A stretch of DNA of 64,000 nucleotides, taken from NCBI GenBank assembly GCA_963720755.1, contig CAVRGP010000011.1, positions 352,001 to 416,000 on the forward strand, given 5' to 3'. The translations under genes and the position numbers were made by a program. The DNA is from an uncultured Chloroflexia bacterium (GTDB lineage Bacteria > Chloroflexota > Limnocylindria > Limnocylindrales > CSP1-4). Shown in pieces: positions 59,062 to 64,000 of this stretch (positions within the stretch are counted from its first letter, which is position 1; every line of letters begins with the position of its first letter). The notes under the pieces were generated by a model, which was given only the letters and a program-made list of their open reading frames with translations, was not told where the DNA came from and did no database searches.

Positions 59062-61491
59062 ATGCACCGCCGCATCGCGCCCCTGCTGTTTGCCGTGCTC
59101 ATCGCCATCCCGGCCGTCGCTCCGGCCGCGGCGGCTGGGCCCACCGCCCCGGTCGCCCCCACCCCGACAGAGGCACCCACCCCGTCGAACGTGCCGATCC
59201 CGACCGAGGTCCCGACGCCGACCATCGAGCCGGTGCCGTCCGCATCGCCGACCGGTGTCCCGACCCCGACCGTCGACCCTTCGGCGTCGCCGGCCCTCGA
59301 TCTCGCGCCTGCCGCGCAGCAACCCGTCCTCGATGGCGCTCCAAGCGCGCAGGACCGATATATCGTCATGCTCCGCAGCGGCTCGGACCTGAAGACGCTC
59401 GTCGCGAAGGTCCACCAGCGCGACGGCGTCACGGCCGATCGGCGGTTCGGGACCGCGTTCAAGGGTTTCTCAGCCAAGCTGGACGCGGCCCAGAAGCGGG
59501 ACCTGCTCGCCGATCCGGACGTCGTCGCCGTTGTCCCCGACGGTGTCGTGCAGCTCACCCAGACGATCCCGACCGGCGTGTCGCGGGTCGGCGGTCAGCT
59601 CAGTGATGTCGCCGGGATCGACGGGACGGATCAGCGAGTCGACGCGGACGTCGCCATCGTGGATACGGGCGTCTCCGATCACCCGGACCTCAACATCGCC
59701 GGCGGCTACAACTGCGCGACGTCCGACCCGACGGCCTGGCGCGACAAGAACGGCCACGGGACGCACGTGGCCGGCATCGTCGGTGCCCTCGACAACAGTT
59801 TCGGTGTCGTCGGGGTTGCGCCGGGCGCCCGGATCTACGGCGTGCGGATCCTCAACGACAAGGGCTACGGCCTGATCTCCTGGTACGTCTGTGGGCTGGA
59901 CTGGATCCTCGCCCAGCGTGACCCGACCGATGCCAGCCGACCGCTGTTCGAGGCCGTGAACATGAGCGTGACCAAGGCGGGCTCGGACGACCACAACTGT
60001 GGATACACGGGAAAGGATCTCCTGCACCAGGCCATCTGCCGCGTCGTTGCCGGTGGCATCACCGTCGTCGCCGCGGCCGCCAACGACAGCCACAATGCGT
60101 CGAAGAACATCCCGGCCAGCTACAACGAGGTCATCACGGTGTCCGCGCTGGCCGATACGGATGGGAAGCCCGGCGGTCTGGGCGGCCGCGCCTGCTACTC
60201 GTGGGGCGGTTACGACAAGGACGACACGTTCGCCGACTTCAGCAACTACGGCGGTGACGTCGACCTCATCGCGCCAGGCAAGTGCATCCTGTCCACCTGG
60301 CCCGGTCCGACCTACGCGACCCTCTCCGGTACGTCGATGGCGGCGCCCACGGTGACGGGCGCGGTCGCGCTCTACAAGGCCAGCCGGCCGAACGCGACGC
60401 CGGCGGAGGTCCGTGAGGCCCTCCGCTATCTCGGGAATTTCGGCTGGAAGACGTCCACCGATCCTGATTCCACCCACGAACCGCTCCTCGATGTCTCACG
60501 GATCAGTGCGCTTGGGACCTATTCCCTGGCCCCGGCGACCTCGACCCCACCGAATGTCGAGGGAGCGACCACCCTCGCCCTGCCGTTCACGATCGTCCGA
60601 AGCGACACCTTCTTCGAGCGCGTGAAGCTGTCGGTGACGTCGGTGCCCGCGGGCTGGTCCGCGACGATGACGACGACGAGCCTGATGGGCTGGTCGGCGA
60701 ACGCAGGCTCGGTCAAGGTCTCGGTTCCCAAGGGAGCCGCCATTGGGTCGTACACGATCGGGGTCCAGGGCACGAACCAGGGCCGGACCGCGACTGCGGA
60801 CCTCTCGGTCCGGGTCATCCAGGACTTCCCGACCGCGCAGGCGCCGACGGTGTCCCTCGCCACGGGCGTTCGGATGGGCCGGGACGTGATGCCCGTCCGC
60901 GTCGTCTGGCCGGCCGCCAGCGACCCGACCAGCGCGATCGGCGGATATCAACTCCAAAACCAGTCCAGTGGCGGGGCATGGTCGACGGCCGTCAGCCTTC
61001 CCGCCAGCGCCCGGTCGGCGGTCTACGCCATCCCGTTCGACACGAACGATCAGTTCCGGGTCCGGGCGATGGACGCGGCCGGCAACTGGAGTCCCTGGGT
61101 GGTCGGGACGGATCTGATCCGAATCCATCCGGTGGACGATCGGAGCGGCTCCGTGGTGCGGGGAGGGAAGTGGTACCGCTATACCGCCTCGAGCGCGTGG
61201 CACGGAACCACGACCGGCTCGTCGCGGCCCAAGGCCAGCGTTCGCTTCGCGTTCACGGGGCACGGCATCGCCGTCGTCGCGCCGAAGAGCAAGTACCGGG
61301 GCAAGGTCCGCGTGTTCGTGGACGGCCTCTACGTCGGTTCGGTGTCGATGCGGACGCAACCTCTCGGAGCCCGGCGGGTCGTGTTCAGCATGGCCTTCGC
61401 ATCTGGCGGCCAGCACAAGATCACGCTCAAGCCTGCCGGAACCGGTGCCCATCCCCAGTTCCGTCTCGATGCCTTCGTCGTCCTGAAGTAG
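59062..61491 (+). CDS. Secreted S8 subtilisin-like serine peptidase with I9 prodomain and C-terminal beta domains
   Basis: IVDTG, HGTHVAG, AAAN, SGTSMAAP catalytic motifs. Confidence 0.93.
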   Translation: MHRRIAPLLFAVLIAIPAVAPAAAAGPTAPVAPTPTEAPTPSNVPIPTEVPTPTIEPVPSASPTGVPTPTVDPSASPALDLAPAAQQPVLDGAPSAQDRYIVMLRSGSDLKTLVAKVHQRDGVTADRRFGTAFKGFSAKLDAAQKRDLLADPDVVAVVPDGVVQLTQTIPTGVSRVGGQLSDVAGIDGTDQRVDADVAIVDTGVSDHPDLNIAGGYNCATSDPTAWRDKNGHGTHVAGIVGALDNSFGVVGVAPGARIYGVRILNDKGYGLISWYVCGLDWILAQRDPTDASRPLFEAVNMSVTKAGSDDHNCGYTGKDLLHQAICRVVAGGITVVAAAANDSHNASKNIPASYNEVITVSALADTDGKPGGLGGRACYSWGGYDKDDTFADFSNYGGDVDLIAPGKCILSTWPGPTYATLSGTSMAAPTVTGAVALYKASRPNATPAEVREALRYLGNFGWKTSTDPDSTHEPLLDVSRISALGTYSLAPATSTPPNVEGATTLALPFTIVRSDTFFERVKLSVTSVPAGWSATMTTTSLMGWSANAGSVKVSVPKGAAIGSYTIGVQGTNQGRTATADLSVRVIQDFPTAQAPTVSLATGVRMGRDVMPVRVVWPAASDPTSAIGGYQLQNQSSGGAWSTAVSLPASARSAVYAIPFDTNDQFRVRAMDAAGNWSPWVVGTDLIRIHPVDDRSGSVVRGGKWYRYTASSAWHGTTTGSSRPKASVRFAFTGHGIAVVAPKSKYRGKVRVFVDGLYVGSVSMRTQPLGARRVVFSMAFASGGQHKITLKPAGTGAHPQFRLDAFVVLK

Positions 61492-61594
61492 ACGCCGGCG
61501 CGGTTGCGCGTTTGCGTGGTTGCGCTATGGTGGCCGTCCTCGACGCCTCGGACCGGAGATCCGAAGCGATCGATGCGATCTAGCGAGGACGGTC

Positions 61595-62548
61595 ATGGCG
61601 CGTGCGATGTGGAAGGGAGCCATCCAGTTCGGGCTGGTCACCATCCCGGTGAAGCTCTACCTCGCGACCGAGTCCAAGGGCATCAGCTTCAACATGCTCC
61701 ACAAGGCGGACCTGTCGCGCATCCAGATGAAGGTCTGGTGCCCCGTCGAGGACGAGCAGATCTCGCGATCCGACACGGTCAAGGGGTTCGAGTATGCCCC
61801 GGGCGACTACGTGGTCATCACCGACGAAGACCTCGAGAATGTCCCGCTCAAGACCGTCCGCTCCATCGAGATCGAGCAGTTCACCAAGGCCAAGCGCGAT
61901 GATGCCGCCGTTCGGTTCGTCAAGAGCGCCTACTACCTCGAGCCGGACAAGATCGGGCGAAAGGCGTTCCACCTCCTCAAGTCTGTCCTGGAGGCCGATG
62001 GCCTGACCGCGATCTGCAAGGTCGTGATCAAGGACCGCGAGGCACTGGCCGCCCTCGACCCGTTCGGCGACACGATGCTGATGACCACCCTGCATTGGCC
62101 CGACGAGATCCGCTCGGTCGGTGAGCTGGACCTGGGCGACGAGGACTACGACTTCAAGCCGGCCGAGCTGGCGATGGCGCAACAACTCGTGTCAGCGATG
62201 ACGGGTGAATTCGACCCATCCCAGTACAAGGACGAGTACCGGCAGGCGCTCGAATCGATCATCCAGGCCAAGGTCGAAGGCAAGGAGACCGTCGCACTCG
62301 AGGCACCGGAAGAGAGCAGCAATCTCATCGACCTGATGGCGGCGCTCGAGGCATCGGTCAACGCCGCGAAGGCCGCCCGTGATGTGAGCCCGGACAAGCC
62401 GGTCTCCGTCGCCGAGGCCAAGGAAGCCAAGGCGACCAGAGCGGCGAAGGCGACCAAGGCGACGAAGGCCAAGGTCGCCCAGACGGATGATGGCCAGGAC
62501 GAGGACACCGTGGCCGCGAAACCCGCGCGGAGGCGCAAGTCGGCCTGA
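61595..62548 (+). CDS. ku: Non-homologous end joining protein Ku
   Basis: MARAMWKGAIQFGLVTIPVKLY, VKGFE, YYLEP, L.WPDE.R, DLMAALEAS, basic tail. Confidence 0.96.
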   Translation: MARAMWKGAIQFGLVTIPVKLYLATESKGISFNMLHKADLSRIQMKVWCPVEDEQISRSDTVKGFEYAPGDYVVITDEDLENVPLKTVRSIEIEQFTKAKRDDAAVRFVKSAYYLEPDKIGRKAFHLLKSVLEADGLTAICKVVIKDREALAALDPFGDTMLMTTLHWPDEIRSVGELDLGDEDYDFKPAELAMAQQLVSAMTGEFDPSQYKDEYRQALESIIQAKVEGKETVALEAPEESSNLIDLMAALEASVNAAKAARDVSPDKPVSVAEAKEAKATRAAKATKATKAKVAQTDDGQDEDTVAAKPARRRKSA

Positions 62549-62594
62549 TCGCGCGACGCAGGTCGGCGCCGCCGACTGGCACACTGATGGCCTG

Positions 62595-64000
62595 ATGCCA
62601 CTCGACGAATACCGCCGCAAGCGCGATTTCGCCAGGACTCCGGAACCGGCGCCAGCCGCGTCACCGGTCGAGCCGGGTCGCCCGGTCCGGAGCGGTCGCT
62701 TCGTCATCCAGCGTCATCGTGCTACCCGACTCCACTACGACTTCCGGCTTGAGGTCGCTGGTGTGCTCGTCTCGTGGGCCGTCCCGAAAGGCCCCACCCT
62801 CGATCCCGCCCAGCGCCGGATGGCCGTCCACGTGGAGGACCACCCGCTCGAGTACTTCGACTTCGAGGGCGTCATCCCGTCGCGTCAGTACGGCGCCGGC
62901 GATGTCATCGTCTGGGACTGGGGCACCTGGCAGGCCGAGCCGCCGACGAACGATGCGACGATCGCGATCCCGGCCGGGGAGCTGAAGTTCGAGCTGCACG
63001 GGCAGAAGGTCAGCGGCCGGTTCACCATCGTCCGGACGAGCGGACGCCGGCACAAGGCGGACGATCCCGCGGCCCGTGCGTTCGAGGACGATCAGGGCGA
63101 GCAATGGCTCCTGATCAAGAAGCGTGACCCGACGGCAGTGACGGGCTGGGATGCCGAGGACCATCCCCACAGCGTCAAGACCGGCCGAACCAACGACGAC
63201 GTGAAGGCCGATCGCGACGCCCTCTGGATCGGTGAAGCGCCGGCGGCCTCGGCCGAGATCGACCTGGCCGGAGCCGTCGCGACCACGATGCCCCAGCGGA
63301 TCGAGCCGATGCTCGCGACCCTGGCGGGCAAGCCGTTCGACGACCCCGGGTGGCTGTTCGAGATCAAGTGGGACGGCTACCGGGTGCAAGCGGTCGTATC
63401 CGACGGCAAGGTCCGGCTGTGGACCCGCAATCTCAAGGACGCCGAAACCTACTTTCCCGGGCTGCTGACCCCGCCCACCTGGATCGATGCGAGCCAGGCC
63501 ATCGTCGACGGGGAAGTCGTCGCGCTTCGGGACGACGGTCGACCGGACTTCGGCCTCCTCCAGGAGCGGCTTGGCGATCGGTCGGCGCCCGACCTCGTCT
63601 TCGAGGCGTTCGATCTCCTCTATCTCGACGGTCGTTCGCTGGTCGACGTGGCGCTCGAGGACCGCAAGCGGCTCCTCAAGAGCGTGCTCCGGCCGAACCC
63701 GCGCGTCCAATTCGCCGCGCACGTCGAGGGCGAAGGGCGCGCCTTCTACCGTGCCGCCGAAGCGCAGGGCCTCGAAGGTGTGATCGCCAAGCTCCGTCGG
63801 TCGCGCTACGAGCCGGGCCGCCGATCCGCGTCGTGGCTCAAGCTCAAGATCCGCCCGGAGCAGGAACTCGTGGTCGGGGGTTGGACGCCCGGGGAAGGAC
63901 AGGCCCGGGATCTCGGCGCGGTCGCGGTCGGCGTCTACGAGGACGGACGGCTCCGGTTCGCGGGCAAGGTCGGCTCCGGGTTCGACGCGCGGAGTCGCCG
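62595..64000 (+). CDS. ligD: ATP-dependent DNA ligase LigD (phosphoesterase + ligase domains), partial at window end
   Basis: MPLDEYRRKRDFARTPEP, HRATRLHYDFRLE, SWAVPKGP, EIKWDGYR, DGE, FDLL, EGVIAK; frame open to window edge. Confidence 0.95.
   Translation, partial: MPLDEYRRKRDFARTPEPAPAASPVEPGRPVRSGRFVIQRHRATRLHYDFRLEVAGVLVSWAVPKGPTLDPAQRRMAVHVEDHPLEYFDFEGVIPSRQYGAGDVIVWDWGTWQAEPPTNDATIAIPAGELKFELHGQKVSGRFTIVRTSGRRHKADDPAARAFEDDQGEQWLLIKKRDPTAVTGWDAEDHPHSVKTGRTNDDVKADRDALWIGEAPAASAEIDLAGAVATTMPQRIEPMLATLAGKPFDDPGWLFEIKWDGYRVQAVVSDGKVRLWTRNLKDAETYFPGLLTPPTWIDASQAIVDGEVVALRDDGRPDFGLLQERLGDRSAPDLVFEAFDLLYLDGRSLVDVALEDRKRLLKSVLRPNPRVQFAAHVEGEGRAFYRAAEAQGLEGVIAKLRRSRYEPGRRSASWLKLKIRPEQELVVGGWTPGEGQARDLGAVAVGVYEDGRLRFAGKVGSGFDARSR

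Noticed and set aside
61595-64000. Ku-LigD as a novel system
   Set aside because: Canonical bacterial NHEJ pair

Overview
High-GC (about 70% by eye) bacterial chromosomal segment. Gene content and style suggest a soil or freshwater Chloroflexota- or Actinomycetota-like organism (inference only). It holds about 55 tightly packed genes. These include a polar amino-acid ABC transporter, a cytochrome c biogenesis gene, adenosine deaminase, pepA, prepilin peptidase, an M23 peptidase, glgC, NAPRTase, an msiK-like ATPase, tRNA-His, a MacB/FtsX-type ABC system, bioY, secreted peptidases and lipoproteins, and a glcD-like oxidase. There is also a SorC-regulator/FGGY-kinase/NMT1-THI5 ABC operon, a large purine-catabolism cluster (guaD, xanthine dehydrogenase, OHCU decarboxylase, uricase, malate synthase, cyclic amidohydrolase, HIU hydrolase, DUF3830), an RmuC-like nuclease, a subtilase and the Ku-LigD NHEJ pair, which is truncated at the window end. 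No integrase, transposase or cas gene was recognised. The most unusual signals are non-coding. (1) Three copies of a ~180-bp intergenic element have ~35-40-bp imperfect terminal inverted repeats (ACCTGGC...GCCAGGT); two of them are abutted by tandem arrays that reiterate the element's own terminus. (2) A multi-stem candidate leader RNA lies upstream of the M23 peptidase. (3) Many genes show leaderless-type TANNNT-N6/7-start promoters. (4) Three genes are frameshifted. All calls come from reading the sequence; no searches were run.
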